A stretch of 63,702 bases of DNA, the filler included, from Stramenopiles sp. TOSAG23-2 (lineage: Eukaryota), in the NCBI GenBank assembly GCA_900128395.1. It is 27 parts of 27 records of this genome, joined end to end, with 100 filler letters (N's around TTAATTAATTAA, not from the genome) between each part and the next. Parts side by side here need not be neighbours in the genome. Positions count along the whole stretch, not along the records: positions 46,845 to 47,958 come from LT653686.1; positions 48,059 to 49,171 come from LT653687.1; positions 49,272 to 50,383 come from LT653688.1; positions 50,484 to 51,595 come from LT653689.1; positions 51,696 to 52,807 come from LT653690.1; positions 52,908 to 54,019 come from LT653691.1; positions 54,120 to 55,231 come from LT653692.1; positions 55,332 to 56,442 come from LT653693.1; 19 more parts are not named here. One strand, written 5' to 3'. Positions 47,620 to 60,396 of the stretch are shown piece by piece. Below the pieces are notes generated by a model, which did no database searches, was not told the DNA's origin, and saw nothing but the letters and a program-made list of their open reading frames with translations. Positions within the stretch are counted from its first letter, which is position 1. Each line of letters opens with the position of its first letter. The position numbers were made by a program, and so were the translations under genes.

Positions 47620-47958
47620 ATGAAAATTACAATTTTATTTTTACTGCTAGCTGCAGCAACCACTGCATATGGAGCATCATGGAAGAAACCTGAAACAGCT
47701 TTTGCTTCCGCTTTGATAGGAGTTGCAACCCCAGAAGCAAAATCCGCATTTATCACAGGTGGTAGCAATGGACAGGGTGCAGAAGCATTGAGTTCCGGTG
47801 ATGGTGGAAAAACTTGGGCCAACATGGAAATCGGTAAATGTTTTTTGCTTTTAGACACTGGGGCTAACTCAGATACATCGATTGTTATCAATGGTTTATT
47901 TGGTGCACAATATAGTACAGATGGAAAATCCTTTCAAGCCGCACGTGGCGGAGGTGGA
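47620..47958 (+). CDS. Secreted BNR/Asp-box beta-propeller protein (3'-partial)
   Basis: Signal peptide; Asp-boxes SGDGGKTW and STDGKSF. Confidence 0.7.
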
Positions 47959-48058
47959 NNNNNNNNNNNNNNNNNNNNNNNNNNNNNNNNNNNNNNNNNN
48001 NNTTAATTAATTAANNNNNNNNNNNNNNNNNNNNNNNNNNNNNNNNNNNNNNNNNNNN

Positions 48059-49014
48059 TTGGCGATATATTTGGTTTGAATGAAGCAATTTTAACAGGGA
48101 AAAATAAAAAAGTCGAAGATGATGATAAAGGCTTTAATATTTTTGGGAGTAGTGAAGTATCAGACGTCGAGGATGAGGATGACGACAGTCAAAAAATTGA
48201 AACATTAAGTATTTTATTTCGCGCTGTTGCTGAGTTAGAAGTGTATAATTTCGATACAATAGATGACATAAGAACATATGCACAAAACCCTTTTACTTTA
48301 GAGGAAGAATACAAGACAGTACTCAAAACAATGTGGAAAAAAAATGCTAATAAGAAACACAACGTTATGAAGAAAAAAGAAATGTCCATACTATTAAAAA
48401 ATATGTTGAAAAAAGAACAACAAGATAAAGAAACTTTGTTAAAAAGTATTGGTATATCAAAAGACCGTATTACATTAGGAGTTGAAAAAGCATGTAAACG
48501 AGAAATCAAAAATGCACAAATGCGTTCAAGTAACAATGCTTTCGTTGCAAAGCAATTTACTGAACAAAAAGATGAAATCATGGAAAAAATAAATGCTTCA
48601 TATAAACTATATAAAGATACATTAGATGGAAATTTTAAGAAAATTAAAAACGATATTTACAAATATTATATATCAAATATAGACATGTACAGTGAGGAAA
48701 TGTTATTTCAAATTACGAAAGTTGCGAAACAAGAATACCAAATATTAGGACCACATGCCGAAGCTCATCATTCATCATCAAATGGCAATTCAAAATCAAT
48801 AAAAAATAAAACAAATGAAACCAAGAGGAAGACATCATCAAAAGATGACATCGCAATTAATTTTACACAGTTTATTTTGTGTTTCATACCATGTCTTGAT
48901 ATAGTGTTTACAGGATCTAGGTATATGGTGGATCAAGGATATTTGCACCCTAGTTTGTTTGAATTTTCGCGATTTCAGAAAGAGGAAAAGAAGAGCACAA
49001 AGAAGAATAGATAA
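48059..49014 (+). CDS. Hypothetical helical/coiled-coil protein (5'-partial)
   Basis: More than 310 codons open from the contig edge; no family recognised. Confidence 0.65.
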
Positions 49015-49271
49015 GAAAATGTGGAAAAATTAAAACAATCTAGATTGAGAGGGATTAACATTATTATTCCTGAGATTGAGTATTGAGCGTAGTAATATTT
49101 TCCACACGGAAAAGAAAAATTATTATATACGCAGTAAACGTAACTTGCTAGATTTTAAAACCAACATTATTNNNNNNNNNNNNNNNNNNNNNNNNNNNNN
49201 NNNNNNNNNNNNNNNTTAATTAATTAANNNNNNNNNNNNNNNNNNNNNNNNNNNNNNNNNNNNNNNNNNNN

Positions 49272-50383
49272 ACAAAAGGTGTAAGTGGTGCATTAGTATT
49301 TAGCTCTGGTATTACAACATGTGGTGCATCTGGATCAATATCAATTGGTACTGGTACAGCTGCTATTGGTGAAGGTGGTGATATATCTGTAGAAATTGGT
49401 GATTCAAATCATCAAATAGGAGGTACTCTTACTTTGAAAGCTGGGAAATCAACGGAAGCGAGTGGTGGTTCAGCCAGTTTAGACTCGGGCTTATCAACAA
49501 AAGGAGATGGGGGTGCAATGACCATCCGGAGTGGAACATCCACTGCAAGCGGTGCTGGTGGTGCAACAACATTAGCTTCTGGGACTTCAGCGGATAGTGC
49601 TGGTGGGGCAATGACTGTGTCAGCTGGAAAATCTTCTAATGGAGTTGGTGGAAGTCTGAGTTTGTCATCTGGTCTATCTGATGCAGGGGGTGCTGGCGGT
49701 ACCGTTACCTTAAGTGCCGGTACTTCTGCATCCACTACAGGAGGTGAATTGATAATTAACTCGGGTCAATCGACGTCCGGTGCTGGTGGAGCCTCTTCTA
49801 TTACTTCTGGCGATGGTAGTGGTGGTGCCGGAGGAGCTATGTCTTTAATTGCTGGTTCTTCCAATAATGGAGCTGGAGGTGCACTTGCAATAACTGGTGG
49901 CTCCTCAACTGGAGGTGGTCTTGGCGGTGCAATGACCATTGATAGTGGGGATTCAAATAATGCAGCTGGTGGAACGATGGCAATAACATCTGGTAGCTCT
50001 ACTGCTGGTGGAGTCGGGGGTGCTTTTACCATTACATCAGGGCGTGCTTCAGGCAATTTTGTGGGTGGTGAATTTTCCGTATCCGCTGGTCAAGGAGGTA
50101 CTATTGGTGGAAAAATAAAACTTGTTGCTGGTACTGGTGATGCAAATACTGGTGGTATGATTTCACTTTTAAGTGGTGTAGGAACTGCTACAACATCTGG
50201 TCAAATTCAAATACGATCTCCAGATGCAGGTACAAAAGGTGTAAGTGGTGCATTAGTATTTAGCTCTGGTATTACAACATGTGGTGCATCTGGATCAATA
50301 TCAATTGGTACAGGTACAGCTGCTATTGGTGAAGGTGGTGATATGTTTTTAACAGTTGGTACAAGCTCCAGTCATAACGGTGG
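49272..50383 (+). CDS. Internal fragment of a large Gly/Ser/Thr-rich repeat (beta-solenoid/adhesin-like) protein
   Basis: Open across the whole contig. ~14-15-aa units GG-x-[MLI]-x-[LI]-x-[SA]-G-x-S; 49272-49384 is repeated at 50232-50344. Confidence 0.85.
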
Positions 50384-50483
50384 NNNNNNNNNNNNNNNNN
50401 NNNNNNNNNNNNNNNNNNNNNNNNNNNTTAATTAATTAANNNNNNNNNNNNNNNNNNNNNNNNNNNNNNNNNNNNNNNNNNNN

Positions 50484-50807
50484 GGATCTTCTGCCACCGT
50501 CTGGAGTTTCATTATTGCTTCTAGTGATGCCAATGCTACTAGCGTTACGAGCCTCGTCAGTGCGACTACTGCTACTTGATGATGATGAGGTATCTGTTAC
50601 CCCTTGAATGGTAGTAGCCGCCGTGATGACGAAACTGTTATCAAAACTACTATCAGTTTCAACAATTCTCGACTTAATTTTTTGCAATAAGTTACGCTCT
50701 GCTACCATTAGTTGATTTCTGATATTTTGAAACGCAGTAGCGACCATTGTTTGCATATCCTCTCCATTGTTATTATGGTTGTTTGGATTGTTTCTGAGTA
50801 ATGGCAT
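50484..50807 (-). CDS. Hypothetical protein N-terminus (3'-partial)
   Basis: ATG-initiated ORF running into the gap; helical, then Ser-rich. Confidence 0.45.
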
Positions 50808-51363
50808 TATGAATAGTAAATTCTTGTTTATTTTTTTCTGATTATCTATCTTGTTTTTCGGCTACTGCTTTTATTGTTGGGTTAGATTCATTGTTTGATT
50901 CAAACTAATTTTTTCGTATACGTAAATGTAAATGATTTTTGCAAAGTTAAAGAACTATGATTTTAATGATTGATATTATTAGCTTATTATTATGATGTTG
51001 AAAAACGAAAAAAAGATTTTAATTTGCCGAGTGGCAGAGTGGCACTATACTGTCAGACTGTCAGAGTCACATCACAGTCTTTCTACAGTCTGGCAGTAGT
51101 CTACCTGTGGTACTGTAGAGCTAGAGTAGACTTATATCTTTTTATGCAAAAACCTGGCCATCCAGGCTGGCAAACCTGGCAAACAACAACTGGCGATAAT
51201 ACAGGTACACACACAACAAACAACTTTAACTTATATATATCCACCAACACACTTTTTAATTAATACTCTGTATATTACGATTACATCGAACCATATTTCA
51301 TCTCAATATCACCAACACCATAATTGTGTTTGCTAGACATATCTATAGTGCGTGACAGAAAGC

Positions 51364-51595
51364 ATGGGGTGTGGACAATCCAAATCTGTCGAGGTGGTCG
51401 AAGAAAAAGAAGATGAAGAAGTTATTGTTGCCGAGAAAACAATTATAAAAAAAGAAGAGAAAACAAATGTTATAGAAGAAAAGGTACAAGAAGTCATCAC
51501 TAGTAATAAAGAGGATAAGACAATACTTAGTAGTAAGACTAACAACGTCGCCAAAGCAGACAGCGCAAGCGATGGGAGTAGCAGCGATGCTTCTG
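51364..51595 (+). CDS. Protein with a dual-acylation N-terminus MGCGQSK (3'-partial)
   Basis: The ATG at 51364 gives the M-G-C-x-x-S-K myristoylation/palmitoylation consensus, followed by a charged low-complexity region. Confidence 0.6.
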
Positions 51596-51987
51596 NNNNN
51601 NNNNNNNNNNNNNNNNNNNNNNNNNNNNNNNNNNNNNNNTTAATTAATTAANNNNNNNNNNNNNNNNNNNNNNNNNNNNNNNNNNNNNNNNNNNNCCCAT
51701 TTTTCCACCAAGATAATTACCAGTATATAATGATGCTGTTCCGACACCAAACGCAATTCCAACACCACCGATTCTTAATAAATTTTTTGTTGAAAACATG
51801 GTATTATAATCTTGCGGTTAATTAATGATTAACAACCGTTCTTATGATAATTCTCATTTTCTGTTTATATGTATATTTGTATGCATACATAACGATCATT
51901 TATTATTTATATTCATTCTGTCTCCTTATATTATAAATATTCTATAATAATGCAGCAACCATAGGAATAGTATTGTTGTTGTGATGA

Positions 51988-52284
51988 TTATTTACCAACG
52001 TTTTTTTGGTTGGTATAACATGATGACGATGGTTTTTTCAATATATTTTTATTGGCTTTTGGAACTTTTATCGGTAGCTGTTTATCATGTGATTTTACAC
52101 TTGTTTCTTCGCCGATTGAATTGTCGTCTTGGTGATTATAATTATTATCCTTCTTACTATCTTTTAATGATGATGGTATGAGCAATGGATGATGATTTAA
52201 TATGAAATATGTCGTAGCAACAGATGTTATTATTGAAACAATACATGCAACAATAATTGTTATTAATACCCATAGTAATCTCAT
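51988..52284 (-). CDS. Small protein with an N-terminal signal anchor
   Basis: MRLLWVLITIIVACIVSIITSVATTYFIL followed by a polar tail. Confidence 0.4.
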   Translation of the reverse strand: MRLLWVLITIIVACIVSIITSVATTYFILNHHPLLIPSSLKDSKKDNNYNHQDDNSIGEETSVKSHDKQLPIKVPKANKNILKKPSSSCYTNQKNVGK

Positions 52285-52299
52285 CGTCGTTCAACGCGC

Positions 52300-52340
<41 letters not shown>

Positions 52341-54120
52341 TGCAGTGTGATGTCTTTTTAAATGCCAAATGAATTTTACTGTTTCATTCTTTTTGCAATT
52401 TATTATTTTTTTCTTGCAATTTGTGTTTGCAATTGAAATGTTTTGTATATATATGTGTGTGATGGACCCCAAATTCAAATTTAATCAAAATTATTCAAAC
52501 GCGCTTCAATTGTATATACTCTATAATACCCTTAAATACAAAAACAAATACAAAAAATACAAATAGTATTGTACAGAGAGTGTAAAAATTTTTATATTTT
52601 TTTTATTAAATACGCGTTCGTATTGGCTCAGTCACTGCATTTCTTTTGAGACGCGTAGGGAATCGTCTTGGGTACGGAATTAAAAAAATTAAAATACGTC
52701 TCTCGTACATTTAAAATAATAAAAAAATATTTATCTTTTTACATCTCCTCAACCCCACCATTCACACATTTAACAATATCCAAGCCATCGATATTTGTAC
52801 TATATTCNNNNNNNNNNNNNNNNNNNNNNNNNNNNNNNNNNNNNNNNNNNNTTAATTAATTAANNNNNNNNNNNNNNNNNNNNNNNNNNNNNNNNNNNNN
52901 NNNNNNNAATATATCAACAAACCTTTTTTTGGTAATAACGTGTGTGCTTTTATGATTGGTGGGTATTTCAGCCATGATTTTATAGCTTGGTTATTTATTT
53001 AACTTTTATGTTATATCTATTAATGTCTATTTATCTTTATATATCTTTATATATCTATCTAGTTAGATATATATACAGTTCCACTCTTTTCAGTAACTGG
53101 TTTTATATGGAATATTCTGCTTATTTTTGGTGATCTACCTGTTAGACTACTGGAATTTTTGCTTTTGCTAGTTGCTAAATTCTAAATTAACCCACTACCC
53201 ATCACTATTACTGTTAAAGTGCACATCTATCACCGCACGTGCGCACGTGCGCGCTTCTTCACTATTCACTACTGTATCTGACAAACATACAATACAGTAG
53301 CTACTATTAGCCACTATTAGCTAGAGCTACGAGGAGCTGGGCTAGCCAGCGGGCCAGCTAATAGTACTAGTATAAAAATTTATTAGACTATTTATTATTG
53401 AAATTAGTCTGCGTCTTCCGCACGTCCGCACGTCTTAGTCTGCCATAGTCTGCACCTCAGGAATTCTTCGCTATTAATTCGATTAAATAGCGCTCAGAAT
53501 TCCTGATTATTGGCTGGGAAGACGAGGCGTTTAGTGAAGGGATCGAGTAGTCGTCTGGTATAGTCGTCAGACGACTCTCGTATTCAACCAAAAATACGTA
53601 TTATACTGCACATACTTTTATTAACACATTACCAGAATTACACATCATTTTTACATTTTATTTTTGTGTATACTAATAAGTATAATTTCGTGTTTTTATG
53701 TTGTGATGATTTTATTACAGTAGTATACAGTCAGTAGTGTCCGGCTAAGCAACCTTACTGGTATTATTATTGTATTTTTGAAAAAATAATTACTATCATC
53801 AGACGACTGGTATATAGTAGTGCAGTATATGCATACGTGCATACCAGCTACCAGCATACAAACTAACTGCAAAGAGTAAAAAAACTAAATTTGAAAACGA
53901 ACCAATAAAACATTTACGATCATATAAAGAAGTATTATACAAAGTCTAGATAAAAGTAAATAATGATAGAGTCTCGTCATATGCATAAGCGTTACGACAC
54001 CTATTTGTCAATCGTCTTCNNNNNNNNNNNNNNNNNNNNNNNNNNNNNNNNNNNNNNNNNNNNTTAATTAATTAANNNNNNNNNNNNNNNNNNNNNNNNN
54101 NNNNNNNNNNNNNNNNNNNA

Positions 54121-54216
54121 CGTTGGACCTTTAAAACATTTGAGAAACATCCACATTTAGTGGAAACACCAAGTCATTTACGACCAGGTGTTCCAGTTAA
54201 AAGTAGTAGATTGTGA
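54121..54216 (+). CDS. C-terminal fragment ending in PTS1 (-SRL), possible peroxisomal protein (5'-partial)
   Basis: RWTFKTFEKHPHLVETPSHLRPGVPVKSSRL*, open from the contig edge. Confidence 0.4.
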   Translation, partial: RWTFKTFEKHPHLVETPSHLRPGVPVKSSRL

Positions 54217-54656
54217 AAACAATTTCCTTGGATACAAATATGTTCACAAAGCAGTGGTGAAAATGTTACGCCTTTTAGCCTACACAGCATTAAAAATACC
54301 TCCTATTAATATTTCATAGTGTATTACGTCGTATAGTATAACTCTCTATTTGGAACGTTATTATTTTATTTAACCTGTGTGCCAGTGTGCAACTGACAAC
54401 TATTCATTAAAAATATACCGTATATTATATATAGTCGTCTATTATGTGTCATTGACAATAGATAGAAACAACCTCCATCTATATCTACCGACCTATTTAT
54501 ATATATATATATCATATTATATATACATCATATTATATATTACGTACTTATTACAAATATATTATATATATACATACATATACATATATTATATATATAC
54601 ATACGCATACACACACAAACACACACACAATATAAATATTATTTTTATTCAAAAAA

Positions 54657-55231
54657 ATGGCAGATGACCGTATTAAAGAGGCGGTTATGGAATATTTGAC
54701 ATATCATAATATGAATAATACTTTACAGTGTTTCGAAGTGGAAGCAAGACAAAAATTGAAAAATGTTGTTGCCTCGCCACGTACTGGTGCGCCTGCAAGG
54801 AATATTGAAGATATGAGGTTTCGATTACGACGTGACATGATTACTGCATATGATGATGGTCTATATGAACGGTTTTTCATATTATGGGCTAAACACGTGC
54901 CGGAGGATGTACGCGATAATAATGAAATTGCACAAAAACTGGAATTTTATTTAAATATACATTTCGCTGTGGCACCTTTCCGAACTTCATTTCTAAGAAA
55001 ATTAGCACAGCGTGGAGGAGCAAAAAAAGCAGCTGGAATGGCAGCATCAGCGATGTTATCCTTCCGTAAATTTTTAGAAACACGTGGTCAAGCATTATCA
55101 CAAACCCCTGAGTTTTTATCATATTATGCTTTGCCATACGTACCAAACCCATCTGAACATCCATCTTTTAAACATTTATTGAAGGAGAAATGGTTAGCAG
55201 AAATACGACATCGTTTAGAACGGTTCTTGGA
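54657..55231 (+). CDS. ARMC9: LisH/armadillo protein ARMC9 (3'-partial)
   Basis: LisH AVMEYLTYHNMNNTLQCFEVE; LEFYLNIHFAV; LSQTPEFLSYYALPYVPNPSEHPSFKHL. Confidence 0.9.
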
Positions 55232-56011
55232 NNNNNNNNNNNNNNNNNNNNNNNNNNNNNNNNNNNNNNNNNNNNTTAATTAATTAANNNNNNNNNNNNN
55301 NNNNNNNNNNNNNNNNNNNNNNNNNNNNNNNATTCATTAAAACATACAAAGGTTATTGTGAATCTATGTGAAGATTTAAATGGCAACGTGGAGAAAATTG
55401 GCAATGCATTACGTAAAGTATGCCAATAAATAAAAAAAGGATTTTAAATAGTTGTGATATTGATTTGGTTCAAGTAGTAGAAGAGTGCTAGTGTTAAAAG
55501 AACACGTGCACGTTTGAAAATATTTTGGGACTTTGTTGGGACATTAAAAAAGTCAAAAATCAAAAATTACACTCTTAAAAATATATATATACGACTCGAA
55601 TTTATTTCACATATAATGATGTATGTATTTAAAATACAAACAAAAAGAGGAATAGGTTCTTATCGTTTTTTTAAATAAAAAAGAGAGCTTTTAAATATAT
55701 TTTATACGAAGTATAAAATATATGCATATATATTATATGTGCGAAAAAATTATCCTTAGTTGAACTCAAAACGATTATTTCATATATATATACGAGAGAG
55801 TCGTATGCAATAGAAAAGCTGACAAAAAAAGACGAGCGCGTAAAAAAAATTAAAACGTGTAATATTATTTAATCTAGAAACTTAACTAATATATATATGC
55901 AAATATTGATGTGGTTAGAATCTACTAATTATCGATATATAAATAAGAACTCTCCGCATTTTTACACACCTGGCACACACACACACACACACACGCAAAA
56001 CACCAAAAAGT

Positions 56012-56442
56012 TCACACCAAATGCTTCCCAACACTATAAACAGAATGCAATACAAATTGCTTTTCCAACCCATTGCGTTCCATTGCATCTTTCCTCATAC
56101 GCATATATTTTCTTACCCAATCCTTTTTATCACCACTATCAATGCCATATTTATCAGTAATACTTTGCATTTCCGTACAAAATGTATTAAATTCATTTAA
56201 TACATCATGTCTTATTTGCTCATCATTAGCATCAATATTATTTATATTATTATTATCGACAATAATATTCTTTTTTATTGTCTTCTTCTTTTTTACAACA
56301 TCTACATTACTCTTACTTGTTGATGTCGACGATGAAGACGGCGAAGATGTTGGTGACGAGGACGACCATCTTTTACTGCGTAATCGTCGTAATAATTTTG
56401 ATCCACGAAATGAAGATATGCTTTCTTGTTTTTTTGGTATAC
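56012..56442 (-). CDS. Hypothetical protein C-terminus (5'-partial)
   Basis: Minus frame open from the gap: IPKKQESISSFRGSKLLRR...DWVRKYMRMRKDAMERNGLEKQFVLHSVYSVGKHLV*. Confidence 0.55.
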
Positions 56443-56542
56443 NNNNNNNNNNNNNNNNNNNNNNNNNNNNNNNNNNNNNNNNNNNNTTAATTAATTAANN
56501 NNNNNNNNNNNNNNNNNNNNNNNNNNNNNNNNNNNNNNNNNN

Positions 56543-57652
56543 TTGTTTCTTGTTTTAATTTTCCCTCCTGGACTTTTTTTTCTGTTTGTTCTTGTTGCCG
56601 CTTTTGCATTTGCTCTTGCCGTTTTATTCGCAATTCCACATATGGATTATTACGTGCACTATATGTAAATCCAAAAACACCCTTATCGTCATTAGCCTGG
56701 TGGCACTCATTTGGGTTTGACATAAGGATACTATTATAATATTCAATTGTGCGCGTTGGATATATACGAGAAGGACTTTCAGAAACATTAGTACACCCAA
56801 CTGTAGTGCAGCGATTTTCTGTCAGAACAAAATGTGTATTATTCCAATCAATAGAATGATAATTAAATTCATGACAATTACCTCCAGGACTTCGCATCGA
56901 AAAATAATCCTTTGTATGTCTTCCAGGTATCCATTTGAAAAGTGGAGCATTCGTAGCAAGTATACTGCCATTGCAATCATTTACTTGTATACGATCCCAT
57001 GTCCATAATGGAGCGTTATCAAATTGTACTGGTGGTATCATTTTTGGTGTATTATCAATGAACAATTTAGATGGATCACCACCACAACATGGTGTTAACA
57101 TAGGTAAGGCATGTAATAAATTTGGTATGACCGTATTGTTTCCAAGTGTAAGTGGACCTTCTTGAAACATATCGCATGTTGGATTTGCTAAATCAATTGA
57201 AGGGGATAAAGTATCAAAATAACCAATATACCCATCACATGTGTTTGTACCATCCGATGTTGTTATAACCAAAGATCCTTTATAATTATTTGGATCAGCA
57301 CAAAAATTTTTATAACAAACATCAAACAATTTAAAGTATCCACCACAACATGGTGCTAAATTTGGTAACCATTCCATTGAATTTGAAACAACAGTGCCAT
57401 CAGGATAAGTTACTGGAATCTTAAACATTGAACATGTTGGCTTTGATAAATTCATACCTGGTAATAATGGATCGAGATAACTAAGCCACCCTTCGCATGT
57501 TTTTTCGTCTTTACTTTGTGGCATTGAAACTGGCATATATTCTTTATAATCGTATGAGTTGGTGCAAAAATTTACATATTTAGAACAAGATATGCCTTTG
57601 TTAAACAATTTAGATGGATCACCACCACAACATGGTGTTAACATAGGTAAGG
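56543..57652 (-). CDS. Cys-rich repeat extracellular-type protein (partial at both ends)
   Basis: ~90-aa units FC....Y....TC.G...Y.D.L.P...L..PTC.MF....LP.L.PCCGG. An identical ~49-bp block occurs at 57061 and 57604. Confidence 0.75.
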
Positions 57653-57838
57653 NNNNNNNNNNNNNNNNNNNNNNNNNNNNNNNNNNNNNNNNNNNNTTAA
57701 TTAATTAANNNNNNNNNNNNNNNNNNNNNNNNNNNNNNNNNNNNNNNNNNNNAATATCCCACAAACCCTAATAACCGTAGTTATCGAGTTTCTCGTCAAA
57801 GGTGGATTGTTCATTACGCTCGTCAAATACAACTTGCA

Positions 57839-58455
57839 GTGGCAAACGGGGCAGCACCGGCGATTTCACTTGCCATTCGAAACATTAAGTCTCAACTGGT
57901 GCATTCGTCGATGGAGAGATTTGGAAACTTGGATAAGGGAATACCGGGGTTTTTTAAAGAGGGGAATGAATATAAGGAGTTGCATGCGGATAGGGTGGCA
58001 TACACGTCTATAAATAGCAGGGGTGAAACGCGGTTGCAGGCAAAACCGCCTTTTAATGATGGAGCAGTGTTATCCGAAACACATGACGGGGTACACATCA
58101 GGAACGAATGGGTGGATGAAAGTGAAAGCAGTTAATATAGTGAATCACAATCATCAATTGAGATATATACTACGAATATTCACGATATTGGGGACGAAAC
58201 GAGTGCTGTTAAAAGAGTCATATATAATTAAAGAAGGATTATACAACAGGCAATGAAACATTTATAAAAAAGGAAGTATAGGGACGGTTATTGAGGCAAC
58301 CCCACGTAAGGATAGGAAACTGAAAGTCAAGTTGGATAAATGATAAAAAATAAAAATACAGATTGATTATGGAAGGCGACCTACAAGCTTATGAAGGAGC
58401 AGCTTTTCTAGCTAACACCAAACCACAGACAGATGAAGATTCTTTTGAATATGAT
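57839..58455 (+). pseudogene. Degenerate coding region ending in an SH3/KOW-like module
   Basis: Multiple stops. 58262-58455 (KKGSIGTVIEATPRKDRKLKVKLD*) is homologous to 61501-61689. Confidence 0.5.
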
Positions 58456-58501
58456 ATTATAAATAATATTGATGGTTAAAATCTAAGTTATAATATTTTT
58501 A

Positions 58502-58731
58502 CACTTCTCGTGTTAAGTAATATGCTCAATACTCAATCGCAAGAATAATATGCTATCCTACTATAATAAAGCTCTCCTGACGTCGCCGCAAGCTCTCATG
58601 CGCCACCGCAAGCTATATATATGCTTGTAGAGTATTAGTTTGCAGAGGTGCATTAGAGCTTTACTATAGTAGGATAACATATTATTCTTGCGATTGAGTA
58701 TTGAGCATCATATTACTTAACACGAGAAGTG
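58502..58731. mobile_element. MITE-like foldback element with ~75-bp arms; a second copy starts at about 58791-58862
   Basis: CACTTCTCGTGTTAAGTAATATGCTCAATACTCAATCGCAAG...AAGCTCT pairs with 58655-58731. Related arms occur at about 49062-49168 and 62047-62140. Confidence 0.8.
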
Positions 58732-59360
58732 AAAAATGATTATATTTAAATATTTATTAAATTATTTATTTAAAATGATGATATTATCAGTGATGGTTAA
58801 AATCTAAGTTATAATAATTTTACACTTCTCGTGTTAAGTAATATGCTCAATACTCAATCGCANNNNNNNNNNNNNNNNNNNNNNNNNNNNNNNNNNNNNN
58901 NNNNNNTTAATTAATTAANNNNNNNNNNNNNNNNNNNNNNNNNNNNNNNNNNNNNNNNNNNNAAAAAAAAACACAAAAAAGTTTAAAACGTGGTAGGTGT
59001 GTTTTTTCATATACTAACGTTGTTAACCTTGTGTATATGTTAATTGTAAATATATGTTGTACTTAGATTAAATCTTTCCCAACAACATTTTCACCAATCC
59101 GAACTTGTGTATATATGGAAAAACACGTATATTTGCTGATGAGATGGTTTGTCATTTTTTGGGAGGATCGTACTTGTTAGTATATGGTATAAGGACATCC
59201 TATCAATCATAGGAATTAGGGAAAGTGAGAGATCTGTAGTTGTATGTGCCTGCTAATTGGACGTTAACAGGTACATAGCACCACCCTTTTTTATAAAATA
59301 ATTAAATTTTTCAGCAACAAAAACGCATCTATTTTAGAAAATTCCTATCATAATGTGGAA

Positions 59361-59540
59361 TAATTATACTTAAAGGTGAAATTAGACTATTCCACCGAGT
59401 GATATTTCCTATTAAATGTTGTATAATTATACTTGAAGGTGACATTAGACTATCAGACCGAGTGAAATTTCCTATTAAACGTTGTTAAATTATACTTGAA
59501 TGTGAAATTAGAATATCAGAGCGAGTGTACATTCCCATTC
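59361..59540. repeat. 63-bp minisatellite, about 3 diverged copies
   Basis: AATTATACTT(A/G)AAGGTGAAATTAGACTAT...CGAGTGA at about 59362, 59425 and 59488. Confidence 0.8.
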
Positions 59541-59890
59541 TTCCTCTCTTCATTTCATCTCCCAGATTTTCTTTCTACTTTTCTATTATCTATTAATTCT
59601 AGATTAATACAGCATTTATTAAAAAAGTAATACCATACATATATCATAAGTTTCGTCATCCAAAAAAATACTATTATCATCAGAGAGGAGCTATCCAGCT
59701 ATTATAGCAGTTATAAAAATAACAACAATAATAAATAAAAAAAAAAACACGAACAATAGATACATACATATATATATATATATATATACACTATCTACAT
59801 CATCAAAACAATATCAGCATTTATATAATCTACACCACCCATTCACCATTTCATCATTCATCAAATAACATATCCAACAATATAACAACC

Positions 59891-60072
59891 ATGTCAGGTG
59901 GTTTTAAAGATCCACGTGTAGCAGCATATATTAAAGGTGTCGAACATACAGAACCAATTCAACGTAAACATAATAATGAAGCTTTACCACCAGGTTGGGC
60001 AGTTGCAGCACATTCAGAAACATTATTTCGTACACAAGGTAGGCCACCACGAGTATATTACATTAACGAGGA
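59891..60072 (+). CDS. Protein with a WW-like N-terminal motif (3'-partial)
   Basis: LPPGWAVA...RVYYINE. Confidence 0.55.
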
Positions 60073-60172
60073 NNNNNNNNNNNNNNNNNNNNNNNNNNNN
60101 NNNNNNNNNNNNNNNNTTAATTAATTAANNNNNNNNNNNNNNNNNNNNNNNNNNNNNNNNNNNNNNNNNNNN

Positions 60173-60396
60173 ATTTTCATCAACATCCACATCACTTGTG
60201 CATCATAATGTGTATGCGGGTCAACCCATCCTGGTGTTACTGTCAACCCAGTTGCGTCCACAACATTTGCAGCGGATATCGTTAAGTTTTTACCTATGTC
60301 CATAATTTTACCATTATGTATTGCAATATCACCAATGAATGGTTTTGAACCAGTGCCATCAACAATGGTTCCATTTTTAATTATTGTATCACACAT
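60173..60396 (-). CDS. N-acyl-D-amino-acid deacylase-like amidohydrolase (3'-partial)
   Basis: IIKNGTIVDGTG...DIAIHNGKI...VDATGLTVTPGWVDPHTHYDAQV; ATG at 60396. Confidence 0.85.

Noticed and set aside
52908-54019. ncRNA or element in a non-coding contig with short palindromes (GCACGTGCGCACGTGC, AGTCGTC/GACGACT)
   Set aside because: No recognisable RNA family, TIR pair or ORF can be supported.
1-55231. Ciliary gene cluster (IFT80, ARMC2, ARMC9)
   Set aside because: The genes lie on separate contigs placed together only by length sorting.
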